Translations under genes and position numbers: made by a program
Shown: in pieces, positions 27,120-44,825 of the stretch
Layout of the letters: each line of letters begins with the position of its first letter
Position numbering within the stretch: position 1 is the stretch's first letter
The notes under the pieces: generated by a model
Told to the model about the DNA's origin: nothing
The model's input: the letters and a program-made list of their open reading frames with translations, nothing else
The model's database searches: none
Origin: Eledone cirrhosa
Lineage: Eukaryota
DNA: 64,000 nt
Assembly (NCBI GenBank): GCA_964016885.1
Contig: OZ024741.1
Location: forward strand, 185,566,001-185,630,000
Reading direction: 5' to 3'

Positions 27120-27954
27120 GTATTTATATTATATAAATATACATATCAACAAATACTGTTTCTTATTTGTAGTATATACTCATTTCACTACTCTTTCAAA
27201 CTACGGTGATGTGCGTATATTTAAGATGTCACTTGTTTATAGATTCAATGTGTATATTATAGCTTAAGTATTTATCAAATATTCTTAATATTACAGGTGA
27301 AGTGAATTTATATTTAATTTTTCGTAATACATCTGTACGCTTTCATTTTGTCACACACAATTGGTGTACATATACTTAACATTCACTTGTCATATTACGA
27401 TAAAATACTTCAATATTGACTTTTAATTTTAAATCTTTCTACAGATATTCGTCTCACTACAATTTATTATGCTTACTTTCGATTATTGCTCAGAATAATA
27501 TTGTCCTGTACACAATACCCCTTGAACCCTAAATTTAACTGAAACCCATCTACTGCTTTCAATTACTTCTAATCCCACAATGATAAAGTACACATAACTA
27601 CAACACATCTATCATTTCAATAGGATTATTCCATTCACATCACTATCTAGACAATGACATGTTGATTCATTCAAGCCATACTCTCTCGATGATAATATTA
27701 AAAAGCTTCTATCATAATGTTTATAAACTATTAAGTTTCTTAATTAAGAACATATTTGTTAAAACAACAGCGTTACAATTAGATTATATCTTCTGATAAC
27801 CAGACTCATTTAGCTAATAACAGTAAGTCATTATTTTGATAACTCGCTTTCTTTCTAATCTTTGTTAAAAACCACCGGCATTATCTATTTTGCATAATCG
27901 TATTTACTGGGGTCTAATTTAAGACAGCGTGTGAATATGTGTCAATGAGCGGCA

Positions 27955-27996
<42 letters not shown>

Positions 27997-29121
27997 GTGT
28001 GTATTTATGTGCGTGTGTTTGATGTCTTGGCAGTAATATAGTGTGTAACAGATAAATAATATTGATTTGATTTCAGTGTGCTCCATCTCACAACACTTTT
28101 GACATTATTGTAACTCTACGGAAGGTTAATTAAAATCGACCGTACCATGCTATGAGAGATAGAAATATATTGAATCGTCCGCAATGCTTGAAAAGCATTA
28201 TATTATATTCAAATGAAAATGAGAAAAAAGCGAAGTTATCCTGAGTGTGAGTCGAACACAGAAAGTGAGAGAGCAAGAAAAATATTGCTGAGCATTTGTT
28301 CAATGTACCAGCAACCCTATCAAAATCAAATTAGCTGCATTTTTCGCGAAGCAGAAAAAATATCTTGAAGTGTTTTTCCTGATCTCTACATTAGAGGTTC
28401 AAACCACACTGGAGTCGTTTTTAGATTTTAGTCTTTCGTGTTCAATAAAAGTATAAGTTCAGGGCTGTGTATTGGTGCAATTATTAGACGCTTTGTGGTA
28501 TTTACTTCGGTTCTTTATTAATTGAGTTAACCAATAGTAAACTAAAATAAAACCATCATCTACTTTGTCCCTACCACCTGGTTTTGGGGAAGGTTTGGCG
28601 GATTTCGCTCTCTTGCATACATTCGGTCCAGGTTTCTGCGCTGGTAATATGTTCCTCTCTTTCAAACACATGCCTTGGTGGCCATGAGAAAGTAAAAGGA
28701 TCAATAAGTGTGTGGGGGTAGGTAGGGCTGATACTTCTCTTTCCGACATGCTTATGTGGTAAATTACTTTTAAAATAGCCATATCTATTTTGGCACATCA
28801 TCTCCCAACACACGAATCGTATTCGACACCATAGTTTTTCTTGCGCGTTTACGGAATTTTCCATTAGAGACACTTATTAATCATACAAGCATTAATAATA
28901 CTATTTAAGACATTTCGAGTATTATTATCTTACACTGTTTATAAATATATGAAACTCTCTACCCCATAACGCTATATCATAATTAGCTCAAACCAAATAT
29001 TCATGAGACCTTAATTCAAGATGTAGTTGTAGGTATCTCGTGCTAGCATTCGTCGTATCCTGGGCATTTAAACCTCCTTTCAGGGACGAATTTCCTCCGG
29101 AGCGAGGGAGAGGGGGGAGGA

Positions 29122-29197
<76 letters not shown>

Positions 29198-31024
29198 GAT
29201 GAAGAATACACACCAATACCTGACTGGTACATTATTTATCGACCAGAAAATGTTGAAGTGCAGAGTTAACCTTAGCGGTATTTGATGTCTGAGCGTAAGG
29301 TCTCGAAACAAATAAGGCAAAGCATAGTGTTTCGTTGATTTAAATTACTGACATTTTTATATTACAATTACGGGTAACATTACATATTATTTTCTTTAAC
29401 ACCCCAGCTTTCCGTTACCTTCATTAAGACACATAATGCAATCTATAGCAAAACATGATCTCATTACGATTAATACAGCATTTTATAAAATTCTAAAAAT
29501 TGTATTGTGTTCTATTTTATAATGCACGTAACTGTAGTAGTTATTGATATTGTTAAAATTTAAAATTAGAAATAACCCTTATATATATATATATATCTAT
29601 CTATATATATATATGGTGGCTACCAACTCGTTTTCGAGTACGGCCACTACTTTATATCCATGTAGGAGAACCCCTACCGATGCGCTGAACGACTGTGACT
29701 TTTTAGTCCAGCCAGCAACTTGAAAACTCTGGTACAAACACTACGCTTGTGACAATTACTGACACATAGTGCTGGGCCCATGGTACATGTGATGACAAGT
29801 GCAGAGAGATCTCCAGATATAAAGCAATGCCTGTGCCGTGATTTTATAGTGAGCAAAGGCACTGCACAAAGCCAGTCCCACTCTCTTAATCAAGATGATA
29901 TTTACCAAAAAGAAGAACAAATCAACATCATTGGATACCATCAGAGTTGCAGGTGTTATATCAGAGTTTTCCTTCTCCTAGAATTCTGCTTTGACAAAGG
30001 CTAAGGGGTCATCTCTCCCTGTGATTTTGGATGGCCATTGACTCTTAAGAGCTCATTTGCCCTTTGACAGGTTTTGTTTTTAGTCCTGCAGGATGTCCAA
30101 AGTCACCCGCCTCACCAAGAAACCTTGAGAGTTGCCAGTTTAGTCGCCAACGACCCGACCATAACACAGGTTGTACTGGGATACATGTTACCAGTAGCAC
30201 CAACCGGTGACCTGACTATATATATATATGGTGGCTGCCAACTCGTTTTCGAGTACGGCCACTACTTTATATCCATGTAGGAGAACCCCTACCGATGCGC
30301 TGAACGAGTGATATATATACATACATATATATATATACATACATACATACATACACTAATGCATATATTCACAAGAACGCACAATTGTATGTAGAAAGCA
30401 TTTTTTATTTCACTCTTTGCACCGATCGCTCTTTCAAAATCACCTTCTTTCATCATACACACATACACTCACACACTCACACTTACACCCATTCACATAC
30501 ATACATATATACTGTCTGACTGAATTACATCTAGCAATACAACAAAATGTGTGATTAAATTTGAGAGTGATTAAATTTGTAAACTAAACCACACAGACCA
30601 TTAGAATTTCAATTATTTCCTATTGATGTTGTTGTTGTTTCTGTATTTCTGTAGGTGATTTTGTTATGGTTGTATTGGTTGCCATTCTTGATGTACTTAT
30701 TTTTGTCTCTGTACGTGTAGTTTTGCTGTTTGTCTCTAATTGTTTTTGCGATTTTGCCTTTTGCTTTTGCTTTCATATTGATATTGTTTATCATTGTTTT
30801 AAGAAATTTAATGTTTAACATTTTGTTAATGTGACCTTGTTGTTGACTGTGCTAACGTTGTATCGTTCTAATGTTTTCGTTGATGATGATTGGTATGTAG
30901 GTGGTTGTCCTTATGAGGTGGGTGGTGATATTTCCGGCTGTGCTACTTATTTGTTAAGGTTGGTGGAGCTGCGGTTCGTTGTTGTGTTTTGTGGGTGCCG
31001 CTACATTTAATAATGTCGATGTTC

Positions 31025-31232
31025 ACGTTGATGGTGGTTTTAATGTTGTTGATGGTGGTTTTAATGTTGTTTATGTTGATGGTGGTTTTAATGTTGTTTA
31101 TGTTGATGGTGGTTTTAATGTTGTTTATGTTGATGGTGGTTTTAATGTTGTTTATGTTGATGGTGGTTTTAATGTTGTTTATGTTGATGGTGGTTTTAAT
31201 GTTGTTTATGTTGATGGTGGTTTTAATGTTTT
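31025..31232. repeat. 27 bp minisatellite, about 7 copies
   Basis: Unit gatggtggttttaatgttgtttatgtt. Confidence 0.95.
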
Positions 31233-31708
31233 TGTTAGTAATATTGATGGTGTTGTTGTTGATAATGTTGTTGGTAAATGTGGTGTTGGTGTTGTAATTG
31301 TAGATGCTGGAATGTCAGTATTTGTGTTGGTGCTGCTGTTGAGATTGTTGTGGTTGTGTTGGGGAGGTGTGGGCTTTTCGCGATATTATTGTCGCTCTTA
31401 TTTGTATTGTTGGTAATTTTTCTTGGTAATTTCAATATATTCTATACATGCCTCCATTTTAACACCTACCCCACACAAGCAGTCAAATTGAATAAAGTAA
31501 ACTTTATCGCACTTCCACTCAAAATATTTCCTATTAACTGATAATGTGCACAACAGTTTCCATCGAACCTAATTTACCTTTGAAATTAATGAGGTCAGAG
31601 GAGGAGTAACACATATAACAACATGTATCAATGTATCTTTGTATGGGTCTATGTGTTTATGTCTATGTTGAGGCATACACACACACGCACACACTAATAT
31701 ATATGCGC

Positions 31709-31782
<74 letters not shown>

Positions 31783-31843
31783 GCGTGTCTGTATGTATAT
31801 ATATATGTATGCGTCTGTATGTATGTATGTATGTATGTATGTA

Positions 31844-31904
<61 letters not shown>

Positions 31905-31927
31905 GCGTCTGTATGCATGTATGTATG

Positions 31928-31996
<69 letters not shown>

Positions 31997-32189
31997 CTAC
32001 GTACATGTGTTTGTACGTATATCTTTATATCTATAATATAGCGTAGATTACACTTGCTTTATCAAATGTATATGCAGACGTATGTTCCAGTGATGTTATT
32101 TCGAGTATATATATATGTATGCACTTCCTTGCATAGATATTTTCTGTATTGAATACCCTTTTTTGCTTAAACATCTGTTAACTCTGGTT

Positions 32190-33736
<1,547 letters not shown>

Positions 33737-34091
33737 CTGTGTGTGTGGGGGGGCGGGTACGTAAAGAAGATCGTTATTGCCCTATTCAGTCTGCTACCCA
33801 CAGATAATAACCTAAACTGAACAACAACTTGTAACCATGACTCCTGCCAAATAAGCCGTAGTCATCCACCGAATCCTTTAAAGCTTGTGCGGACATCTCG
33901 TTCTCTCAGACTCAGCATACGCAACGAGACCTTAATAGCAAGCCAATGCATTTGACATATTACGTAGTCTTTATGTAATAAAACCAAAGCTAATATTATC
34001 TTCAGCGACAACTAACCCACAAGGTAATAGATCGGGGTCCACACTTTCCTGTATTCCCTTCACCTTCATACATATATAGATACATACGTGC

Positions 34092-34126
<35 letters not shown>

Positions 34127-34199
34127 TAATCAGTTAAACATAACTCACCCTATTGACTAAGTATTCAAGATGCTTGGATATCTATACATATATATATGA

Positions 34200-34261
<62 letters not shown>

Positions 34262-34387
34262 TGGCTGCCAACTCGTTTTCGAGTACGGCCACTACTTTAT
34301 ATCCATGTAGGAGAACCCCTACCGATGCGCTGAACGAGTGTGACTTTTTAGTCCAGCCAGCGACTTGATATATATATGTATATATAT

Positions 34388-34474
<87 letters not shown>

Positions 34475-34522
34475 TATATATATATATATATATATATGAA
34501 TATATATATATATATATATATA

Positions 34523-34640
<118 letters not shown>

Positions 34641-34642
34641 CA

Positions 34643-34741
<99 letters not shown>

Positions 34742-34948
34742 AGATATATATATGTATATAGGAACCAGTAAGACCACGACGGCTGTGCTCAAGCCGTTTC
34801 GACGGCTAATTCCAGAATTAGCCGTCGAAACGGCTTGAGCTCAGCCGTCGTGGTCTTACTGGTTCCTATTACCCACTCTACTACCCTAAGTATTGAGCAC
34901 TTGGGTGCGTTATGGTCCACCTGGTTCCTTACCACATTTCCTTCGTTA

Positions 34949-35079
<131 letters not shown>

Positions 35080-35101
35080 ATATGTATGTATATATATATA
35101 T

Positions 35102-35708
35102 GTCAGGTCACCAGTTGGTACTACTGGTAACATGTATCCCAGTACAATCTGTCTCATGGTCGGGTCGTTGGCGACTAAACTGGCAAGCCCACCAAGGCTT
35201 CTTGGTGAGGAGGGTGACTTTAGACATCCTGCAGGACTAAAAACAAAACCTGTCAAAGGGCAAAGGAGCTCTTAAGAGTCAATGGCCATCCAAAATTACC
35301 GGGAGAGGTGACCCCTTAGCCTTTGTCAAGGCAGAATTCTAGGAGACGGAAAACTCTGATCTAACACCTGCAACCCTGATGGTATCCAATGATGTTGACT
35401 TGTTCTTCTTTTTGGTGAATATCATCTTGGTTAAGAGAGTGGGACTGGCTTTGTGCAGTGCCTTTGCTCACTATAAAAGCTTCATGGTACAGGCATTGCT
35501 TTATATCTGGAGATCTCTCTGCACTTGTCGTCACATGGTACCATGGGCCTAGCACTATGTGTCAATAATTGTCACAAGTGTAGTGTTTGTACCAGAGTTT
35601 TCAAGTCGTTGGCTGGACTAAAGTCACATTCGTTCAGCGCATCGGTCGGAGTTCTCCTACATGGATATAAAGTAGTGGCCATACTCGAAAACGAGTTGGC
35701 AGCCACCA
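35102..35708 (+). mobile_element. Non-coding interspersed element of about 606 bp (RTE 5'UTR-like); copy at 29613-30217 (-), fragments at 30229-30310 and 34259-34367, diverged relative at 44580-45110
   Basis: 29613-30217 is the reverse complement. Motif ctaggagaMggaaaactctga, 3' hairpin gtggc..ctcgaaaacgag..gccac, TA flanks. Confidence 0.75.
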
Positions 35709-35744
35709 TATATATATATATATATATGTATGTATATGTGTATG

Positions 35745-35781
<37 letters not shown>

Positions 35782-36249
35782 GTATATATATATATGTATG
35801 TATGTATATATATATATATGTATGTATATATATATATATATATGTATGTATATATATATATGTATGTATATATATATATATATATGTATGTATATATATA
35901 TATGTATGTATATATATATATATACCCGGACAGACGTTCATCCTCGAAACTCGCGAGCCACGTATGATCCCTCAAAGACTCAAGTATAGACTACTCCATT
36001 CAATGGAAAGTCATCACTAGGCCCAAACATACACACAAGGGGAAATCCGTCGTGTGGACTATGTATTGTTGAGCGAATAAATATTCTAAAGAGATTATGC
36101 AATAGTGATTGCCTAAACACGAGACATGAATTCTTCACACGTTGTCCACACGTCTCGAAACACCTCTTGCATAACTACAAAGCTCCGGATTGAATTACAA
36201 CATCATAATTTTCTTATCAACTAGAAACTTTTCGGACTTTCGCAGTTAT

Positions 36250-36750
36250 CTCTCTTACACCTCTCGCACGCATTTTAGTATTGCCTGTGTGAAGTGACCG
36301 GTTTCTGCGCCACCGCGTTCGTACGGTTGTCCTTCGTGTTCAGTATAACCATGTCCATTTCGAGCTGAGGACCGGCTAAGGTGAAACAATTGTTTTCGGT
36401 ATGGTGAACTAACTGTTGTGCAACCACTTCTACCCAACTCGTCCCATGGACTGAGTGCTCTACCACTACTGATATTACCTGCCAGTGTTCTACCACTATA
36501 TATATATTGTCAGAAATACCACTAATGATGTTGCAGATGTGCAATGAAAGAACTTTGTTTGACTATATATATATATTTATATCTCTATTTTTGACAGTTG
36601 TTCAGTCTGTGATAAACATTGATGGCCAAATGAATTAACTATGGAGATATAAAAGAAGCAGAAGCGAAAAAGAAAACCAACCAAACAGTGAGTGTGTTCT
36701 GTTATTATTTCTGGCGATAGTATTACAACAATATGACCCTCGCCAAGTAT
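36250..36750 (+). mobile_element. 3' end (pLTR) of the same PLE family as 32190-33620
   Basis: Aligns by eye to 33335-33560 (aattaactatggagatataaaaga..aaacagtgagtgtgttctgttattatttctggc..aatatgaccctc). The 5' limit is uncertain. Confidence 0.75.
36519..36558 (+). ncRNA. Mutated hammerhead (G5A), family of 33339
   Basis: cca-CTAATGA-t-GTTGCA gatg TGCAAT-GAAA-GAAC-TT-tg. Confidence 0.65.
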
Positions 36751-36776
36751 ATACATATATATATGTATGTATGTAT

Positions 36777-36817
<41 letters not shown>

Positions 36818-37620
36818 TATATGTATGTATATATATATATATATATGTATGTATATATATATATGTATGTATATATATATATATATATGTATGTATATAT
36901 ATATATATATATGTATAGGGGGCGCGTGCGTATGTGTGTGTGTGTGTGTGTCTGTGTATGTCTGTGTGTGTGTTTCTATTTATGTATATAATTTTTTTTA
37001 TTAATTGACAACCAAAGAAGGTACTTCAAAAGATTTTATTAACGTTATCAAATTTTATTAATTTTATCAACTTCATTGTCAACATGTATCAACTAAACCA
37101 TCACCAGGACATTAATTCGGGATTTGGATGATGAAAATGCCAAAGAAATACACAAAACCATAGTCAGTCCACTGTATCACGTGTTAATTCCTATCTCCGC
37201 ATCTAGACATTTGCTCACTTGCTGCTAACGCGTCAAAAAGCAATCCTTTTTATCTGAAGCGTCTCTTGATATCAAACTCATAGTGAAGGAAACGTTGCAC
37301 ACGGATCGGCGAAACTTGGGACAAAGATATATTTTTGTCTATATTGTCTAATATTTTGCAATTTGATAAATAGCTCTGATTATTGACCTATTTTAATTAT
37401 TTTGATTACTTTAGCTCTTTCGGTCAGCTAGCAACATTTGTTAAGGCAGACACCACAAACACACATATACGCATGCATATGTGTGTGTATTTCACTATTA
37501 TATTATCCCAAATTCCCCTATGGTCGAGTTAACCAAGGAGTGAATTAACTGCTTTTTCTAGGAAATATATTATTCGCTCTGTCCACTTGTGATTACTGTA
37601 TGATGTGGTAATTTATAACC

Positions 37621-37652
<32 letters not shown>

Positions 37653-37983
37653 ATGAAGGAAACAGTCCTTTTTTTACCACTATATAGCGTGTTAATTCTT
37701 CCCTCTGCTACCAGAGATTTTCTTACTTACTACGAACGCGTCAAGAAAGAGTCCTTATCAACCTTATAGTGATGATGCATATTTATAGTGCAAAAACATT
37801 GCACATGGTTCGGAGAAACTGCAGTCGGGGCTTTGAAGAAAAAATAGGTATATGTATGTTTCTTTGCTTAAAGTTTAATCTGTTATTTTAATAAATATTT
37901 GCTTCAGGGTTCTTATATATTTGATATATATTATCCTTATCGAGCCCTCTTTGGAATTTTGTCTTCACATTTATTATTATTAC

Positions 37984-38015
<32 letters not shown>

Positions 38016-38026
38016 GTATATATATA

Positions 38027-38082
<56 letters not shown>

Positions 38083-38102
38083 GAGAGAGAGGGGGTGAGC
38101 GG

Positions 38103-38133
<31 letters not shown>

Positions 38134-38738
38134 TGAGAGTGAAATAGTGAGAGAGTGATAGAGAAAGAGAGATCATACATACATTTGTATGTGTGTATAA
38201 TCCCCCTATAAGATAGATCATGTGTAAAATGTTTTACTAATATTTAGAATTATATTTTAATATATACATAAAGCATTCATTCAACAATATAATGGCAATG
38301 CTTTTTTCTGTTTTAAAGTTAATAGAAACTATGCTTTTGTTGCTTCCTATACACACCTCACTTTAGAAAGATTAGATAACATATTTGTGTATAGTTATTA
38401 AAATGGCTTCATGAACTTTGAGTGTGATGCAGGTTTCGAATAAATATAAATATTCGAGTCCACTAAAACTATTTAAGCAGCTATTTATTTGGTTTCAAAA
38501 TTCATAGAATATTACGTTTCGTTACAAGTATATTTGTTAACATGAGTGATAATATTATTGAACATTTATCATAGATTTTTGGCTGTGTCATATATATTCT
38601 AAGGGTTGTCCGTAAAGATCGAAAATCTATTACAATTTACATTGTTTAAGAGATCTGCGTTAAATAGTTCCGAGAGTTATTTTCGATTATATTTTAGCCA
38701 AGTGAAACCGTATAGAGTCGAATCATTCCAGCGCTACG

Positions 38739-38776
<38 letters not shown>

Positions 38777-38780
38777 ATAG

Positions 38781-38839
<59 letters not shown>

Positions 38840-38846
38840 GTAATAG

Positions 38847-38890
<44 letters not shown>

Positions 38891-38924
38891 ATAGTTATAT
38901 ATATATATATATATATAGTAATAG

Positions 38925-38992
<68 letters not shown>

Positions 38993-39122
38993 ATATATAT
39001 ATATATATATATATATAGTTATATATATATATATATATATATATTACTATTACTATATATATATATATATAGATATATATATATATATATATCACTATTA
39101 CTATATATATATATAGTAATAG

Positions 39123-39186
<64 letters not shown>

Positions 39187-39230
39187 CTATATATATATAT
39201 ATAACTATTACTATATATATATAGTAATAG

Positions 39231-39264
<34 letters not shown>

Positions 39265-39353
39265 AAGGAAATGTGGTAAGGAACCAGGTGGACCATAACG
39301 CACCAAAGTACTCAATACTTAGGGTAGTAGAGTGGTTAATGGGATCGAGTAGG

Positions 39354-39449
39354 ACCCCGACGGCTGAGCTCAAACCGTTTCGACGGCTAATTCTGGACTA
39401 AATGAACATTTTTATCCTGGTATATGAATAGCCGAGCTTCTCAGGGGGT
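39354..39449 (-). ncRNA. Inverted copy of the 39593 hammerhead-like motif
   Basis: Reverse-complement arm of the 39345-39700 fold-back. Confidence 0.65.
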
Positions 39450-39592
39450 AATTCCATACATGGTAAAAGTGATTGTCACAAGGATTGGTCAGCTACCCCT
39501 TCCTTCCACACATTGCCATGATAGAATTATGTGTCTCACCAACAATCTTTTGACAAATCCTTGTGACAATCACTTTTACCATATATGAAATT

Positions 39593-39688
39593 ACCCCCTG
39601 AGAAGCTCGGCTATTCATATACCAGGATAAAAATTTTCATTTAGTCCAGAATTACCCGTCGAAACGGCTTGAGCTCAGCTGTCGGGGT
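39593..39688 (+). ncRNA. Hammerhead-like motif with long stems II and III
   Basis: acccc-CTGAGAA-..CGGCTA..(TAGCCG in the other arm)..-GAAA-CGGCT tgagctc AGCTG-TC-ggggt. The core differs from consensus at G8. Confidence 0.65.
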
Positions 39689-39898
39689 CCTACTCGTTCC
39701 TATATATATATATATATATATATATAGTAATAATAATAAATTTGAAGACTAAAATCCATATATATGTTGTACGCACACGGTAAGCAACGAAGGCCACATG
39801 TTGTCTTACTCCGACACAACTCATTCCCTTCGGAACCTCCTCCCCTGTTGAGGGATGTGAAATCGCTTCCAAGGTAATTCTATCTCATGTTATTTTTT

Positions 39899-40283
39899 TG
39901 GATTGGCAGTATCGGTAGAGAGTCGGACGCCATGCTTTCCAGCATAGTTACGTCCCTTTACGGTCTGAGTTCAAATCCCGACGAGGTTCACTTTGCTTTT
40001 CATCCTTACGTGGTCGATAAAATAAAGTACCAGTAATGTACTGGATATTTTCTGGCCTTGTGCCAAAAGTAGAAACAGTTATTATTTTGGCGGTGGATTG
40101 GCAGTATCGGTAGAGGGTCGGACGCCATGCTTTGTCGCATAGAGTTACGGCTCTTGTCATTCTGAGTTCAAATCCCGCCTAGGTTAACTTTACCTTTCAT
40201 CCTTACGGGGTCGATAAAATAAAGTGCCAGTAATGTAGTGGGTAATTGCTGGCCTTGGGCCAAAAGTAGAAACAATTATTTTT
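39899..40283 (+). mobile_element. Tandem pair of tRNA-derived SINEs
   Basis: TGGCAGTATCGG (A-box-like), GAGTTCAAATC (B box), core gcctttcatccttacggggtcgataaaataaagtaccag, tail aaacaattatt. Confidence 0.85.
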
Positions 40284-40417
40284 AACACGCTTCCTTCGTT
40301 TTTATTTACGCACCCTTGGTGTGTTTCTACGCTTCTTACAACTCTCTCTAAATACCTCCTGATTTTATTACCTGGAAATTTACCCATCTGCATTTTTGAG
40401 GCTTCCGAAACGACTAC

Positions 40418-40481
<64 letters not shown>

Positions 40482-41036
40482 GAGATAGTAGTAAGACTTG
40501 TGTATATATGCGTGCACACCTGTGCGTGTATTTATATATCTGGGTATTTAAACAGTGTACTTAAACAGAGATATTTCTCGGTGTAAATATATGTATATAT
40601 AAATATATGTATATATAAGTGGATTTATATATGGATATGTATGTACACCACTTTACACTTGATACCTACACTTTGAAACATTTTATTGTTTGTCCACACG
40701 CACACACATACACACACACACATACATACACACTCAAACACACACACACACACATATATATATAAAGAAGAAACAAAGGTGTGTATATTTCCAAATACAT
40801 ACATACACACATACATACATACATAAACACCTACATACATACATATATATTGAATTCGAAAAAATATAAACCATAACAACAATAAAACCTGTATTTTTAT
40901 TTTTATTTTTGCTTATCTTCCGAAATAGATTTACTCACACACACACAATATATAAATATATATATATATATTTATCAATATATATATATACATATATCTG
41001 CATGCATATATGTATGTATATAAATATATATATATA

Positions 41037-41119
<83 letters not shown>

Positions 41120-41283
41120 CTTCTTCAACAGTTTTTTTCACATTTCCAAATCTGAGATGACATTTCCGTGTTCACATCTACCTCGTACTTCTCCTTTGCA
41201 TTTAAAATTCTTTTCTTAACATTACCTTTATATATACACAGAACACATTACAAAACAACACATATTACACGTTATTATAAGTT

Positions 41284-41334
<51 letters not shown>

Positions 41335-41791
41335 AGCATGTCAAATCACTCTGCATTTTCTTGTTAGATTTAATGGATTTGCGCCCATTCACAGGAAGTT
41401 AAAAATGACTTCTATGCAATTTAATGGTAATTATTCTATCCAGTGACATACAACTGAATAACTTTTTTGTGCTGATGATGGAGGGGAGGGGTTTCAATTT
41501 ACCATTCCTTACTTTAGATTTTGTATGAGTAAATGCTTTTTATACAATCAGAAGTATGTATTTTTTTTGTTTTTACATTCGGAAATATATTTTTAAAAAA
41601 TGACAAAACAAACTTGTGGGAAGCAATGTGTATTCTAAAAACGCCCATAGTTATTCAGAAACTTTCAGCTGTGTTAGAGAAGAAGGTCTAGCATACAGGT
41701 TTGTACAGAATTCAGCTTATTTTCTTGAGTGAAGAAATGTATCAATGCATCTGTTTATGTATGTATGAATGTATATAAGTATGCATATTTT

Positions 41792-41881
<90 letters not shown>

Positions 41882-41947
41882 GGTGTGTGTGTCAATAAAT
41901 ATATATATATATATATATGTGTGTGTAAATAAATAAATAAATAAATA

Positions 41948-41978
<31 letters not shown>

Positions 41979-42030
41979 GTGTATGTATGTATAAATATAT
42001 ATAAATATATAAATATATGTAAATATATTC

Positions 42031-42141
<111 letters not shown>

Positions 42142-42142
42142 A

Positions 42143-42174
<32 letters not shown>

Positions 42175-43456
42175 GCTTCTTTCGGTTCATAGAATTCATT
42201 TCCCTCGTTCATATCAAGATTTTATCGTAATTTCTGTTGATTTCTATTTCATATTTATGTATATTTTTGTTCTTCCTAATACTTTGTTATATTAGTTATA
42301 TTCTGTTTTGTATATTCTTTTTGTTTCATCTACGAGGCTATTTCTCATTGTTCGCCATATTGTTGATACTCTCTTTATATAATCTTCAGATTTTACCAAG
42401 CTTCCGGTTTCTCTGGTTTTGTTTATGATTTCTTTTTTTAGGGCTCTGCTGTCAATAGTGTTGTTGATGTTGAATTTGTTTCGCGATTTGTCTTTTTTGT
42501 TTATAAGATATAAGACTTATATTTTAGATTGCGCGTATATTTAATACTGATTATATTTTTATATAGATGAAATACATATACTCAGACAGGCATACTTACA
42601 TACGTATGTTCCTACATACTTACATACATGTACACATGTAACGATGTCGATAATTACATATATAATCAAACCATAAATACGTAATATATACATACATACA
42701 TACATACATACATACATACATACAAACTTACGTACAAACATACTTACATGTATATATATACATACATACACCATATATACATGCATACATACATAGATAC
42801 ATAGATACATGCTTGCTTGAATACATACATAATACATACATACATAAATGCATACATACATACATGCATGTCTGCATATATTACATACATGCTGGAATGC
42901 GTATATTTTTACGTTGACTGTGAGTTATATGCATGTAAGTATATATATATATATGCGTGTGATACTTTTTATGCATATATTTATGTTTGTGTACATGTAT
43001 ATGTATATATTTATGAATCTGCGAAATTATTCATATAGGTATATATGTGTGTATGTTTAAAGGTATATGTGTATGAATACTTTGTATTATGTTGTAGAAG
43101 ATATTCCTTTACTTGTCTTTCTATACGTGTTCAATTCGTACATAATACAAGGTAACCTTTGGAATATTTCACATAATTTCACAGTTCCTGTAATGAATAG
43201 TAATTTTAATTTCTTGCTTTCTGAAACTCAGTTTCGTAAAATTGGTAAATATGCAATTATTTCCTATCGAATGTTCTCCAATAATTATACGTATAAATCT
43301 AAAGGTACATATATAGTCCAGTTTTATTTTCAATGTGTAATATTTGGAATGAAATATAAAATGAGGACTTAACTTCTATTTCGAAATTTCGGTTTCAGAA
43401 TATCCTTATAAAAAGAAAATTGAGAAGGCGCTTAATTCAGATTTTGGAGCATTATG

Positions 43457-43641
43457 GGATTGGCAGTATCGGTAGAGAGTCAGACACCATGCTTTAAAGT
43501 ATAGAGTTACGTCCCTTTACGGTCTGAGTTCAAATCTCGCTGAGGTTAGCTTTGCCTTTCATACTTACGTAGTCGATAAAATAAAGTACCAGTAATACAC
43601 TGGGTAATTGCTGGCTTTGTGCCAAAAGTAGAAACAATTAT
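43457..43641 (+). mobile_element. Single SINE copy
   Basis: Same sequence as 39899-40085. Confidence 0.85.
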
Positions 43642-44450
43642 GTGCAGATATCAGTGGTTGAGAGGCTGGCATATACACACAGATAGTCCTCTGTTAGATG
43701 ATTAGTTGCGGCAAAGTAGTGTTTGTTGTTCACGGTTCTCTGTAATCTTTTAGTTGGTAATGTCTTTTGAATTTGTAAATTTCTAATTTTGCGTTTAATT
43801 GCTTTCATAGCATTCATGATGTCCTGGTTATGGACACCATTAAATCATTGCATTACAGAAGTGTATTGATTTTAAAAACTGAATCCCTGCTTGTACCGTA
43901 TAAATTGCTTTTGTCCACCACTTAGTCTTTATGTTTTCATTCACTCCTATTTTTATTGAAAGCAGTAGACCCCATTACAACCAAAAAGGTCACCCAGAGC
44001 TGACGTCGCTAATACCATTTATGAAACTGAAACTAACATCAACAAGAAAATCAGTTAATTTCACACTAAAAATCTGCACATGTTTCATCCATCTTTCAAT
44101 ATTTCCGGAGACCTGTAATATGCTCGATACTTATTTTCTCTTGATGTGTTCATATTAAAACAAATAATAAAATTAGTGGTCCTCATTTTTATACTCCATC
44201 TCCCTAAGCGCCAAATATTCAAATAAGTGTATCTAATTAAAAACAATTTCACAGTGATCAGTTAAAAGCAGGTTAAGTGGTTGCTAATGAGCAAATAATG
44301 ACATTTGAAATTAAAGTATACTCCAACTTATTCCTCTTTTACAGTTCACGAGTAAATTATGTGAACAGAAAGATTATAGATTATGACTGTCCAACATAAC
44401 TAGTTAACTTACTTTACATTGCAAATGCAAGACAAACTACTGATTTTCTC

Positions 44451-44488
<38 letters not shown>

Positions 44489-44732
44489 TTTATCCCAGGT
44501 TCAATCTGGGGTAACCACAGTAAGTAAGGTACTCAATACATAGCAGAGTGTAAATATTTAATATAGGATTAGAACTGTTTCACCCGGCAGGACAAAAAAC
44601 AAAACCTGGCAAAGGGCGGAAGAACTCATAAAAGTCAACGGCTATCCCAAAATGTGTAAATATGTATATATACATGTATGCATGTGCATATATGTATATA
44701 TATATATGTATATATACATGTATGCATGTGCA

Positions 44733-44825
<93 letters not shown>

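Larger units (their letters stand above)
39261..39700. mobile_element. Longest family A copy, with both HHR halves
   Basis: 39345-39487 is the reverse complement of 39555-39700. Confidence 0.85.

Noticed and set aside
30979-31416. ORF with DGGFNVVYV repeats, or a CRISPR-like array
   Set aside because: It is a spacerless 27 bp minisatellite in eukaryotic context, with no cas genes and no coding support.
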